This document shows, piece after piece, positions 12,072 to 25,000 of a DNA stretch of 64,000 nucleotides. The notes beneath the pieces are model-generated. The model did no database searches. It was given only the letters and a program-made list of their open reading frames with translations, and was not told the DNA's origin. The stretch spans positions 5,084,001 through 5,148,000 of the forward strand of contig OZ176052.1 of assembly GCA_964247055.1 (NCBI GenBank), written 5' to 3'. Origin of the DNA: Paragordius varius. Lineage: Eukaryota > Animalia > Nematomorpha. The position numbers and the translations under genes were made by a program. Each line of letters opens with the position of its first letter. The first letter of the stretch is position 1.

Positions 12072-15000
12072 AGTTTATTTCATTTTATATATTGATAACA
12101 TTATATCAAAATCTCACATGTGCAAACTTTATACTATTATATAACCTTAAATTTTTAATCATACCCAACCCTATATTACTCGAATTTATCATTATTACAA
12201 CTTTGAAACGCATCATTTTTTTGTGGATATTGTTTTGTTATAATCTTGTTCCACATTTCACATATATTCAAAAATACCTATAATCTTCAAATTGACAAAG
12301 CACTCATTTTGCATTTTTATAGTTATTATTAATATATTAATACACTACTCTTAGAGTAATATATAGTTAATGTCTATTTTTTTCGATCACATTTCCAAAT
12401 GTATGGTAAATTAATCGCTTACCGAAAAAGTATTTTTATTACTCTGAAAGGTTTTAATTAAAAATATCTATCTATATATATGTATATATATATATATATA
12501 TGATAGCTCGCGTTCAAGAGTGTTTTCCCTACAATTTTTATAGTTTTCTTACAGCGAAGGCATACACACATAATATATTTAAACAAAGTGTATTTATTCA
12601 TGTCCCTTTTTTCTTAATATATTTTTTTATTAGCAATGTTATTAAATAAATTTATGATAGATTTTTAATAATTTCGATTTATATTTTTATAGCCATAATT
12701 TTATGTGATATCCAATTTAATTTTTGGCTCCAAGTGATAATTTTATAGCTTTTTTTCCTTTTTGGAATATTAATGGTGATTTAAAACACTATTTTATTGA
12801 TATTAATGAAATTTGACCGCCATTATACTTTTTGGCTTTCTTTGCTTTTCTTGCCTCCTTACTCATTTTCTTGTCCTTGAATTTAAAAATCGTAAAAATA
12901 TTTGGTAAATTTTAAATTGACCAAAAGCAAGCAACAAAAGATTAAAGACACCTTTTTTCGGCATTTCTGTCATTTACGCATTTTATATGGACACGTAAGA
13001 ATATAGAACCTTTTCATCAATACTAACTACTTAATTACATAATTTATGAGTTTATACTATGCGTTTATATTAAATTTTGTAATAATCCGGATAAGCGGTA
13101 ATTTTTAGTAAAAAAAATCATAAAAAATATGGATTTTCTATGGGTTTGTAAATTCTATCGTTCACATCAAAAACTAATGTTGCGAAATTATTTTTACATT
13201 TTTTACTGTGAACATAACAGATTATCACATGTTCCCGTCGCAAACTAGTAAAAAATGATAACGGAAAATATAATGTGATTTTTAACAGTTTATTGGTAAT
13301 ACTTTGACATTGCGGAAGTTTGCTTACTTTATTTTTTGACTAAAATTCTAAGACTAATAATGTGTGATTTATCTCGATAATACTCGTTTTGGATTGTAGT
13401 GTATATATGGCCCTAGTACCTTTACAACAAAACAGACCATGTTCCCACAAAAAATTTTCTTTTTTCTATAGTTTATAAGCCAATTTCTTATAACTCCCTA
13501 TAATTGGAAATAAATTCTTTTAAAAAATATTTGTTACTATTAAAGTTCCGTTTTTGGCCATTAATGTGTATTACAAAATCTCCACAACTGTAAGTATTAT
13601 TTTAATTTTGGATATCCACTATTTTGGAATTTATTTATTGGTGTGAATAATAAAGCAAAAAATGTTATTAATAGTTTATCCTATCTACGCTAGTATTAAA
13701 AACTGTCAATGTTTGATTATGTAAAGTCGGTATTTAGTATGAATGTGGATGGATAGGCTTGTATTTTAAATTATTTTTTATTTATCACCATTATTAAACA
13801 TGTTTATATCATTGAAAATAGATCCAAAATAAGGATTAATTCTCAAGAACGTTTCAGTTTTTGAGATACCCAATCCTGAAACAATGCAAGGATGTCACTA
13901 ACTATTTTTTAAAACGATAACTTTCGGTTTTTTATAAAGTTACTAGTGCAAAAGTAATTTGATTTTTATATGACATTACCCCAATTCAGCAAACTGTTAA
14001 AAATTTGTTTTCAAAAATATCCTGCCACTATAAAAAATATCATAATGAAATTATTCTTATACTTAAATATATCCGGATTTTCATGGTGTTACTGAACTTT
14101 ACGATTGATATATGAAAGTTATTACCACTTTTGTGGTACCATATCGAACAAAATTTGCACACATTAGGCTAACTTTTTATGGTGAAAGCTAAATGCCTAA
14201 AGCCAAAATATATTAGAAACACCATTTAAAAGTCAAATAATATTCTCATAAATTTGGTTTGACTCTATAAAATGGGCAATTTTTTCGTAAAATAGGCCAC
14301 GAGATTCGCAACAACAGATCTAATATATGCTAGATAATGTTATTTTAAAAATTATTTTGAAAAATGCATACTTCGAGATTTCTTTAATGTTCGTATATTA
14401 TGGTGTTTTGGGAGCATCTTGAGAACGAAAGAAAAATTCTTTAAGGTTATATAGATACACTTCCCATATAATTTGATTGAATGTTACCTCAGAATCGGGA
14501 TTATAATCTTTTTCAAATATAATCAAAATTAAAATGTTTTTTACAAATTAATTAAATTTGAAGACGAATTGTTTTAATTCAAATTTTGGTGATAGAAATC
14601 ATTGAACTACACGAAAACTATGAAATTATCTTAGAGTTTCCGCTTTCACTATGCTTAAAAATACAATAAAATATGTTTCAAAATTTTTTATCTTTAATGT
14701 AAAATCTAGCACAAATCAAAAATTATTAGCGCTCAATCTCGGCATTTTTACCTTTATTTTGAGAAAATAGCCCATAGCAGGAGGCAAAAATTTGACACTT
14801 TGATATATTATGGATATTTTTGGTAAAAGCATTGAGCTTTCACCAATAAATATTGAAAAAATGCTATGGAGCAATCACCACAAAATTGTAATATCTTTCT
14901 TAAATAAAACCAAAAGTATTAAAAGATACTTGATGCTTTTACTTACAGTAAAACTTGAAATTATAATTTTTTCTAAAACAACCACCATACTTTTTAAATC

Positions 15001-16981
15001 TAAGTTTTTTGAATATAACTCATTTTTTTAACAACAACATATAAAATAGAGATGTATATTGGTAACACAATCAATTATATATTTATTATTATATATGGAA
15101 TAATTCAGCAAAAATAATATAAATTTATTATAATATTTCGATTACTACAAGTAATCTTTGTCAAACGTAAAAATAAAATAAAATATAAACTAAAATTTAA
15201 ATTATAAGTAAAAATATTAATGAGATATGAAACTAAAAAAACAAGTGTGTATTGTTAATAAGAAAAAAATTGGTAATGTTATTAATATTGTTAAGGTCCT
15301 TCTTTCTGTTCATTGTAAATAAATCATTTATATGAGAAAAATTTAAAAAATATGGTTGTCTTTTAAAAAAAAATATTTTTATATTTTTACGTTTTGTCCG
15401 TATAATTTTAGATTTTACTGTATATGTATTTCATCGATATATTTTTTTGTGTGCACTGTAATATAGCAGGCTATGTTTTTGTTTAAAAAATAATTTATTT
15501 ATCAAAAATTATTAATCAATTGTTAGTAGGCACGCTAAAAACTGTACTGGGTTCACGTTGGTTTTCCTGGAAAAACAACCCATTTTATCTAATATTTACA
15601 AACATTGATAATGTCCTTCAATATCAATTTATACAGATAATAATTCAAATATTTTCATTATTATATTCACAACAAAAGCTTTTCCCCCAGCTCCAATAAA
15701 TAAAATGGAAAAAAAACTTTAGCCTTGCATATAATTATTTAATTTTTGGTGGTGCTTAGAATATTATGTCACAAAATATTGCATGATTTAACATAAATTA
15801 GAGAGAGATACTGTGTACATACATGACTGAATATTTAAATTTTGGTCGTCCGATTAAATTTTTCTTTTTTATGAAATAATTTATGTTATTGATCCACACA
15901 CCATGTATTCCAACAAATCTTTCAAGCATGCTTGTGTTGCCTTTCGAAAATCATCGTCTACATGTAGATATATATATTGGTCGTTCTTTGTGATAACTTT
16001 TGTGTGCTAAAAATTTTAATTTAACATGCAATACTTACGCATATATTATAAATTTATATGTACATTTCATATTGATATGGCTGGTATAAAATATATTAGT
16101 TTTCCGTTTGTGTTAGCCTATAGGACAGATAGACTAAGCGATCATCACATACATTCTCATTATTATTGAATTTAAAATGTTGGTTTGCTTAAAGAATTTT
16201 TTATTTATCTCACATTCTAAAAAGACATCATCCCCATTTTACCAATATTATACATAAAATAATAATTGTTATCTAATGCTAAATCGAATTCAATAATACT
16301 CTAAGTAGGATATGAATATTCAAATATTTGAATTTTACTGTGATTTTATAATTACAACCTACCCTCTTGTTGTATCTTAATAGACACAAATCAGTTTAGG
16401 AGAGAGTTATCATCATGTATTTGAATATATATATTTATGTTACGTGTCGTTTTTGGTGACACGACCAAAATACAATATAAATTGGTTTAAAATGTGAAAA
16501 AATACGATTAATCATTTATTTTCAAGTGGTGTATGTATAATCCTCTCAAAAGACACATAAATCATTATTTCATTTTATTAAATCATTTGAGGATGATATC
16601 CACTTTTAAATTGCTTAAAGTGGATTAAATGTGTTTTTAGATGGAATATTAATTAGGGTAGTTAAGTTTGAAGGAAATAAAAGATTGACAAGCGTCCTTA
16701 ACTTTGAGAATTATACATGTACATTTTGGAAGTAATGTAGAATGTTATATTTACATCATAATCAAATACTATGAATCAAATTTTTGACGCTAAGTAGATA
16801 GTTATTTTAAAAGAGTATTCAACAGCTGTGACTTTTTAGTGAAAACGATTAAATTTTTTATATCTATGTTTTAGGCTAATGATATATCTACCTGAACCTC
16901 AAAGATAGAATAGATTATTATTTTCCGATCGGGTCACATTTTATTTCCGTTGACCACTTTAAAGTTTTATATTAATACTCC

Positions 16982-17225
16982 ATTACCTTTTGGGGTATTT
17001 TTAAATCCCAGAGCGATTTGTAACTGAAAAATCTCAAATGTTTAAAGTATCTAGCCTAATTTAATCGCTTTCTTTACCGTTTTAGGCGCATTATACATTT
17101 TTTTTTAAAAAAATGTAAAATTGTAAATAGATCCTCATCTCAACCTTTTTCCCGCCATTTTATATAAAAAAAATTTAAATGTTTAATGCAACAGGCACAT
17201 AAATATATATTATGGTTCTGTTTGG
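16982..17225 (+). mobile_element. MITE family A, copy 2 (3'-truncated)
   Basis: Left end ATTACCTTTTGGGGTA, then ATCCCAGAGCGATTTG and the family core. Confidence 0.7.
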
Positions 17226-17456
17226 AGCACTTATCCCAAAAGTATAAAAAATTCTCTTTTATCATTCGTAAGGGCCGAAAATCCTGATATATTTTCCTAT
17301 CAGGATATATGTATATTACATCAGATTATTTTTTTAATGGACACCGTGTTGAGGTTCTATCAAAAAGCTAATGAATGTTTTATTACAGAAATACTTATCA
17401 CCATTAAATTAGGAAGAAAAATTGATTTTAACATATTAAAGTCTCTACCGATCATG

Positions 17457-17721
17457 CAGTGGTCCGTAGCTAGAGGGCGGAAAGGAGTGCTGATGCACCG
17501 GGCACCATAGTTGAAGGGGCGCCGGATTTTAAAATTTTTTAGTTTTATTTCAAAAAAAGGTATTTTAAAATTTATTATTTTAAATAATATGCGAAAAATC
17601 ACCCATTTATGAGTGGTCAGAACCACGGTTTGAATCTGATTTATTTAAAATGCAAGGGGCTGCACGGAGAGGGGGGACGCCAACACAGATTCATACGGGG
17701 GCCGAAGTAAGCTACGCCCTG
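17457..17721. mobile_element. hAT-like MITE
   Basis: Ends CAGTGGTCCGTAGCT / AGCTACGCCCTG. Degenerate 8-bp flanks CGATCATG / CGATAATA (6 of 8). GC-rich subtermini. Confidence 0.7.
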
Positions 17722-18889
17722 CGATAATACTTTAAAAATCATCAAATATCAGTGAATTACTTCCAAAATTATAAATTAAAAGATAGATATCTACAATTAT
17801 TTTGATGACATATGCGCAATCTCTCTTTACATTTATTTTAAGAAAAGCCCATTTTAGCGGCCAAAAATGGGAAATTTAGAGCTGCTATTTAAAAATAACT
17901 TTAATATAAATATTGTTCTGTTTTACAAAGATAGTTTATGAAATATTTTAATAATTTTTGGAAGAAGGCATTAAGCCGCCACAATTTTTTTAGCATAGTC
18001 TGTGCTAACTGCTATTTGATATAGAGCACTTACCGTTATCAGTATATCTTTTTGGATAACTCCTAAGGCTCAAAACAGAATCCTGATAAATTTTTTATCA
18101 ATTATATGGTATTAATTTGTTAACGTTGTGTAATGCTCATTATGCTAGATAAATTAAAAATTTCATCGTATTTAAAAAATGTAATAATTTAAGCCAACAA
18201 ATAAACAAAATAAAATCTAACGATCTTTTAGGTTACTGTTTGATAGCGAAAAATTGGGTTCTATTGTTTTTTGAGATAATAGTTCTCTTAACCCTATATT
18301 TAATTATGGGGATCGCTTTATTATCATTCAATGGTAATCAATGGACAGATATACACCAAAATTTCGATATATGTTACTGTTCTCTGATTTTTAGAAAAAA
18401 AAACTATTTTTAAATAATTTTTTGGAATTACAGTATAAATTAATAAATCATATATTTTTTGCTATGTTTGAATAAGTGATTTAGGTTTAAAACGGTCATT
18501 TTGGCTTCCAAAACGGTTCCAAAAATGTAATTTGCGGTCGGACGAAATCGATTACGAATCTAATCCCTGATATAAATATATTGCGCCCGGACCATAGCGT
18601 AATGTATTAAACAACAAATTGTTGGAAAATTTAACAGTTTTCCCTCTATTTTAACACTAATTTTGTATATTTAATTATGGATAACTTTTTTATTCGTTAA
18701 GCTTCTGTAAAAATTTTCTTAATTAATTTAGGGGAGAAAACAGTCTATTTTTATTCGGCAAAAATTAAAATTAAATCAATACTAGTGATAACCAATATGG
18801 TATCTATATTTTTTATGCAAACCGTCGCATAAAACTATGCAATACTCATAAAAAATTCGAATGTTTATTTTTATTAATCTGACAAAAGG

Positions 18890-18908
18890 GAGAGAGAGAG
18901 AGAGAGAG
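18890..18908. repeat. (GA)n microsatellite about 3 kb upstream of the GPCR ORF
   Basis: Directly visible. A GAGA-factor-type role is only a possibility. Confidence 0.9.
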
Positions 18909-21900
18909 CTTGTCAAAGATTTATCCGCCTAAAGAACATCGCATATAATTAATCAAACACAAATTAGCATAGTTTAGTGGAAACGTGTGTGTTATGTATT
19001 GCAACAATATTACAAAATATAATATAAATTTGTAAAATTTTATAATAATATTGCCAGCAAAATTTATATAACTCTTTAAAATATGTTATGTGATTAATTT
19101 TCCCTTTTTTAAACTAATAAAATAATAAAACAGAAACGGTTTCAATAGAATAGATCACAACAAGGCTAATAATAAAATAAAATAATATTTACATTTGTGC
19201 GGGAACCCGCTATCGGTGTATATAACAAACTACTTTAGACACAGAAGCGCATTGATTTTACCATAGGCATTTTATTATCTTATTCATTTTATAACAATTT
19301 TTCAGGTTTCAAATTACAAGTTATTATATATATATTATTTAATAAAATATCTCTATAAAGTTTTTTTCCAAAAAAACGATAAAATATTCACTAATGCAAA
19401 TTTGCAATATATATATAAATATATCATAATTATTAAGCAAAAATATAAATTTTCCTCCATATAGGAAAAAAAATCATAATATAGTTTACAATCGATAAAT
19501 TTTATGCATGATAAATATTTTTTATTGTTTAAAAATCAGGAGGACTGCACATTATTGGTCTTTAAAATATAAAACGTTATACCTTTTTATTGAAAGGAAA
19601 CACTTTACTTAATAAAGACATTTTAATAATAATTATTTTACCTGGTTAGCGTTTTCCTCCTTAAAACATGTGACATTTAGTTTAATAGTTTGGATAGTCT
19701 GTTAAAATTAAAGTAACTTAATTAAAGTTCTAGTTAATTATTTTTTTAATAAGCATCTATGGACTAAAAGTCTTTTTATTGTTTTTAATCATAATTCCAA
19801 ACAAAAATTTAATTAATGTAATTGTTTTTCATGTTTTTTGTTAATAAATTTTATTTATGAATGTGGGAAATATCTTAAAAATTTCCCCTAATGTTAATTG
19901 TTTTTCCAACATGTTCATGTAATGAAAGTTTATTCCAAAATATATCTATATATATATATATATATATATATATTGTATAAAATAAAAATATTGATAATAT
20001 TTTACTATTTTTTAATATATTATTAGATGATTTCGTTAACTAGCAAATTAAAAATTTGAACATCTCCTATATCTACGTCTCATAATGAGAAATATTTAAT
20101 TATTTATTTTATTATTATAATAATATTAAATGAAGATTAAAGAATAACTTAAAATGGTTAATAACTTAATAATCTTGCTATTATTACAAACAATGTCATG
20201 TAGATATCAAAATTCAATAAAAACACATACTCACCCATTCTATTATAAAGACATCCAAAAAATAATGAAAACTATAATATAAATAATTATTTAGTTAAAC
20301 TATACCATACCGTTTTTTAATTTCCTTAATAACAATAATATTTCAGCTAATATGGAACAATTTTGCTATTAGTAATAAAAAGGAAGGTTTTTTCATCTCA
20401 ATTTAATAACAAGCTTAAATTAATTTTATACATATATTCTTAAATAAAATATGATCAATTGATATACACATATAATATCTGTTTAATATCAAAATTACAA
20501 ATTAAAAAAAATAATTTGTGGTCAAAATAACTTATTATACATATATATAATTAATTGATACATAACTTTGAATAATTAGGAATAGCTTGATACATAAAAA
20601 TTGGAAATCGACAAAAGTCATTCATTTATTATCTTCAACAAAAATGATTTAAACATATTCATTTTTTTAGCGCATTCAATTTATTTTATATTATTTTATA
20701 TTTTTGTAAAACGAAACAATAAAAAATATTTTTAAATTTGTTACGTTTTACCTATATTTTTACTTCAATTTCATATGAATTGTTTGCATACATGGCAATC
20801 AATATTCCACAATAATTTTCTTACTCCCCCTTCCCCTGCAAAAAAATTTGTCTATGATTTATAGATATCGATATATGGAAAGAGATTTTGGTTTTATAAT
20901 CATTTTTCTACGAGCCGTTAAAATTGTAAAACCACCACACAACAAAGTTTAAATGATGCGACTATCAAATAAAACCACTTTGCTTAAAACAATTTGTTTT
21001 TCAAGATTTTCGGTTCCATATGCATCACAATATGCTTAAAATATATATATATATATTCGACATTCAAATGCTGCAAAAAATCTACATTTATTTCTAAAAC
21101 AATTTATATAATAATAATAATAAAAATACAAATATATATTCATTGATGTGTTGTGTCCTATTAAAGGAATGAAAAACAGCAATAGTAATCATTCAAAAAG
21201 GCAGTCACTGTATCTAAATGGTAGTTATATCCAACCTTCAACTGCATACTATATTCATCCCAATTATGCGATTAATCATTTTTTATTCTTATATATCGAC
21301 CAATATATACCGAGAAAAATTAATAAAACCAATACATAGTTATGTTTTTGGTTGATCTTTTTCCTTCTTCTGTAATGTGTGTGCATAACCTAACCTAAAC
21401 GAATCTAACACGATATTACGTTACATACAAGGCTCCTTTTGTTATTATAATTACTTTTTTGTATCGAAATAATATAATTGAAAGATCCTGTTTTTGTGGA
21501 TGATACGGTTGTTTCACTTAATGTATTCGGATTTCCCGGTTTTATGTAAAAATTTAATTTGAACGAAAAATAACAAATCTATTCGCCGAATATTGTAATA
21601 ATATTAAAGTATCAGCAACTTGGTATATTGTTGATTCAAAGTTTGAATGATAATATTGGATGGATCGGAAATAATACAATTAACAAAATAAGTTGAATAT
21701 AAAAAAACATCTTTGATTTGGTCGACCGTGATTTATGTGTTAATACTGGCCTAACGGAAAATCCCACACACAAATTACAACGTTGGTTAAACAGCTTATT
21801 TAAGCCGGAGAAGATATAAATTTAATCTCTTAGTTATTGTATGTGAAAGTATGTACATATAATAAATCTACAGAGCAAACATACGTAACACATCTCAAGA

Positions 21901-22014
21901 AGCACTACAAATTTTACACATCGCTCTAGTCAAAAAGATAAAAAACAAACTTTGATCACCTAATATAAAAAACATTGGTTATTTTATTTACATTAAAACA
22001 ACATCAACTTTATC

Positions 22015-25000
22015 ATGATAGCTCCCGTGTTAAAAACCATTTTATTGAGTTCTGTCATCCTAATTATGAACATTATCCAAATCATTGGGAATTCCATGGT
22101 TATTCTAGTCATAGCTATTTACCCGAAGCTTCGATCTACCCGGAATTACATGATTCTAAGTTTAGCATTTGCCGATTTACTTTTGAGTTTGACTGTCGTA
22201 CCTTTTACCGGCTTAAATCTTATACTGGGAAGATGGCTTTTTTCTCAAACTTATTGCAGGGTAATATTTTTCTTATGAATAATTTGCGTCCACCTTTCCT
22301 ATTTTTCTTAACACATTAAATTATTAGATAAAATTTATGATTAGTTTTTAATTTTGACAAAAAGTCTTTCAACTTTTTGGATTTAACTTTGTATAACAGT
22401 TTATTAGACAATTTTTTTTACCAAAACGGAGGAAAGATCAACGTTTTCTACATAATTGTTTTATCAAAAGCACACAAATTAAAAATCAATTTTTTGCAAC
22501 CTTTTTAAGAGGGTCACATCATCTCACACTTCATGTTGTCTACGCGCACATCTTATACATCACAAATTGTTAGACACAGTAAAATTCTAATAACCACGAA
22601 ATCTTTCAAAATGAAATTATTGTGATTTTTTTAATAATGTTATCATCTAAAAAACTTTGAACCATTATTGCGTTTTACACATCTTATACATCACAAATTG
22701 CTAGAAACAGTAAAATTTTAATAACCACGAAATCTTTCAAAATGAAATTGTTTTGATTTTTTAAATAATGTTGTCATCTAAAAAACTTATTGCGTTTTAA
22801 CCACTTCCATGCATGTTAACGTTTTAAAATATCTTCAAGGGTTCATCAAAGAGATTATTTTAGTTTTAATGATTCAAGTGCCTTGAGATTTAAATTGATA
22901 ATGGCGGATTTTCAAAAATAAGGATATGTTTTTTAATAAAAGTAAACTGCGTCATTAATTTTATCACATGTTTGACCCAATCTTAGTTAATAATATCAGT
23001 GGATTATCTATACAAAAATAATTTTATCATTTAAAACTATCATATTATGGCCGTTAATCTTAATCACATTTCAGCATTAAAATTAGTAAATAAAAATTAA
23101 ATATCAGTAATTAGTTTAAGAATCAATGTAAGGAGCTAATTTCTGAACGTTTGTGTAACCTTATTACCGTTAAAATTTTATTATGGCTGATTTTGTCAAA
23201 CATTATTTTAGGTTTATATTTTTAGTCTTCTCAGCCCCTTAGAAAAAACATCTAATGAAATAATATATATTATCAAATAATTTATAGGGTTTTATCCATA
23301 GTAGGGAATCAGATAGATGTAATTTTGTTGTACAATTGTTAAAAAGTAAGATCTTTTTTCACAGATATAACATAGAAGCAAGACTATATAAGCTGGATCT
23401 TTCGATGGGTTTAGACCAACGTAGTTCTGGGTTCACCAAGAATATCCACTTTTCCCGGTCCCTAAATTTGGAGAACCAAGTTGGATCATCTCTTTTTAAG
23501 AACCAACGCAGTTCTGGTTCTATGCACCTTTATAACAGAGAGATTAATTTAAAATGTAAAAATTTTAACAGCGTCTATTAAAAACAATCGTTTATGCAAA
23601 ATTAAAATCATTCTTTCCCAAATGGTTAAAGGTGGATGGTAGCGCCTGATTTTTACTCTGTGTGGCGGTGTGTCAGAATTCAAACCTCAAAATGCGACAT
23701 TGCTCAATGATCATTGGCAGCTCTGGAGAGTTGAATGTTAATATGTTAAGAGTCTTTTATACAATATAAGTCCTGGTCCTATGTCCAACACAAATGACTT
23801 CGTAGGCCGCAAAAAAATTAAGGAGCTAAAATATTTTTTTAGATTTCATTCATAAGACTGTAAATAATTGCAAAAAAAGTGCAGCTTGTATTTATTTCTC
23901 CAATTGCTATCATTGTTTATTTAAAAGTCTTATTCAGAAAATATGTTTAAGAAATATGAATTTTACCAGAAAAATAAAGAATCCCGCATTTTTATATATT
24001 GCTAAAATAAATGGCAAAAACGCGGATAAATGATTTTCAAAAAATAAAAAGTTAATTAAGGGTATACAACTATTTTTTTCCAGTATACTGGTTTTTTCAC
24101 TAGTTATAAACACTTTCCCACGCATCATTTTCACTATTTTATATTTTTTTCTTTTTTTATTTTTTTTTAATCTTGATAAAGGTTATACAAATATAACCGA
24201 AAATTAGATATTTATTAAATAAATTAATTATTTTTAATCATTTATACGCGTATTTGCCATTTAATTTAACTCTTACCAATTTTATCAGCACATGTTGTAA
24301 ATTATGGATATCGTATTTATTTGATAATTTTCCAAAATTTCGCAGGCCGAACATGATATCTCGGAAAACCGCATGACCGAGGGCCGCCTGTAGGTCAACC
24401 CTGGTTTAAACTTTATATTAATTCTTATATATGTCAAACTTTGATTCTACCTTCTGACCACAGCCAATCTATTTTATATTTTATGACAACAAAAAATTTT
24501 TTGTAAACATAAAGTTTGATAAGAAAAAATAAATTTATTTTCTGTATACTTTCCATCATAATTTGTCCGGCTTATTTCTTATAATAAATTATCGTCAAAA
24601 TATTTATTCTATAAAGTAATAACTGTTATCGTTATTCAATGTGTCAATATATACATTTGTACATTATAAAAATATGCTTTTTTTCTAAAGCACCGGCTTT
24701 TAAGCCAACCCTAGTTTGGGTTTTCCAAATCAAAAAACAGTTATGGTTTCATTTAAAGCGGCCATAGGCTGTGCATATATTAATGTGACCAGATATTTTA
24801 AACTTAGACGCAGTACAAAATTAAGACATAATTTGCCTGTTTTTACACCATCGGTGTGGTATATTACACAATTTCCACAAAAAATTATCCAGATAAAATA
24901 TATATATTCTGATAGGAAAATATCAGGATTATCATGGTGCTTTTGGTTTAAATTTTTAGATGTGTGCGAAAGTCCCAATGCCTCTTTTAAAATAGATTGT

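Noticed and set aside
12790-12876. Minus-strand polybasic frame DKKMSKEARKAKKAKKYNG, reminiscent of a KRAS4B-type tail
   Set aside because: No CaaX, no upstream GTPase exons and no consistent splicing. It is simply the complement of a pyrimidine-rich tract downstream of ULK1.
14484-14560. Minus-strand VKNILILIIFEKDYNPDSE, resembling the next part of nematode antizyme
   Set aside because: No usable acceptor, an in-frame stop upstream, and it lies inside a family D repeat copy.
15530-15570. Minus-strand ENQREPSTVFS as a possible continuation of the antizyme-like exon
   Set aside because: Very short, and it resembles the repeat-like sequence at about 26005-26035, so probably coincidental.
16039-16117. 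Possible UGA read-through or selenocysteine, or a -1 slip at G GAA AAC, linking the orphan exons
   Set aside because: Needs several unsupported events; no SECIS or stimulatory structure was seen.
16443-16470. A-B-A'-B' complementary pattern (CGTGTC/GACACG, TTTTGGT/ACCAAAA) with pseudoknot topology
   Set aside because: Short, intergenic and with no evidence of transcription; compatible with chance.
23622-23695. tRNA- or SINE-like A/B-box resemblance (TGGTTAAAG ... AATTCAAACC)
   Set aside because: No cloverleaf could be folded and both boxes are degenerate.
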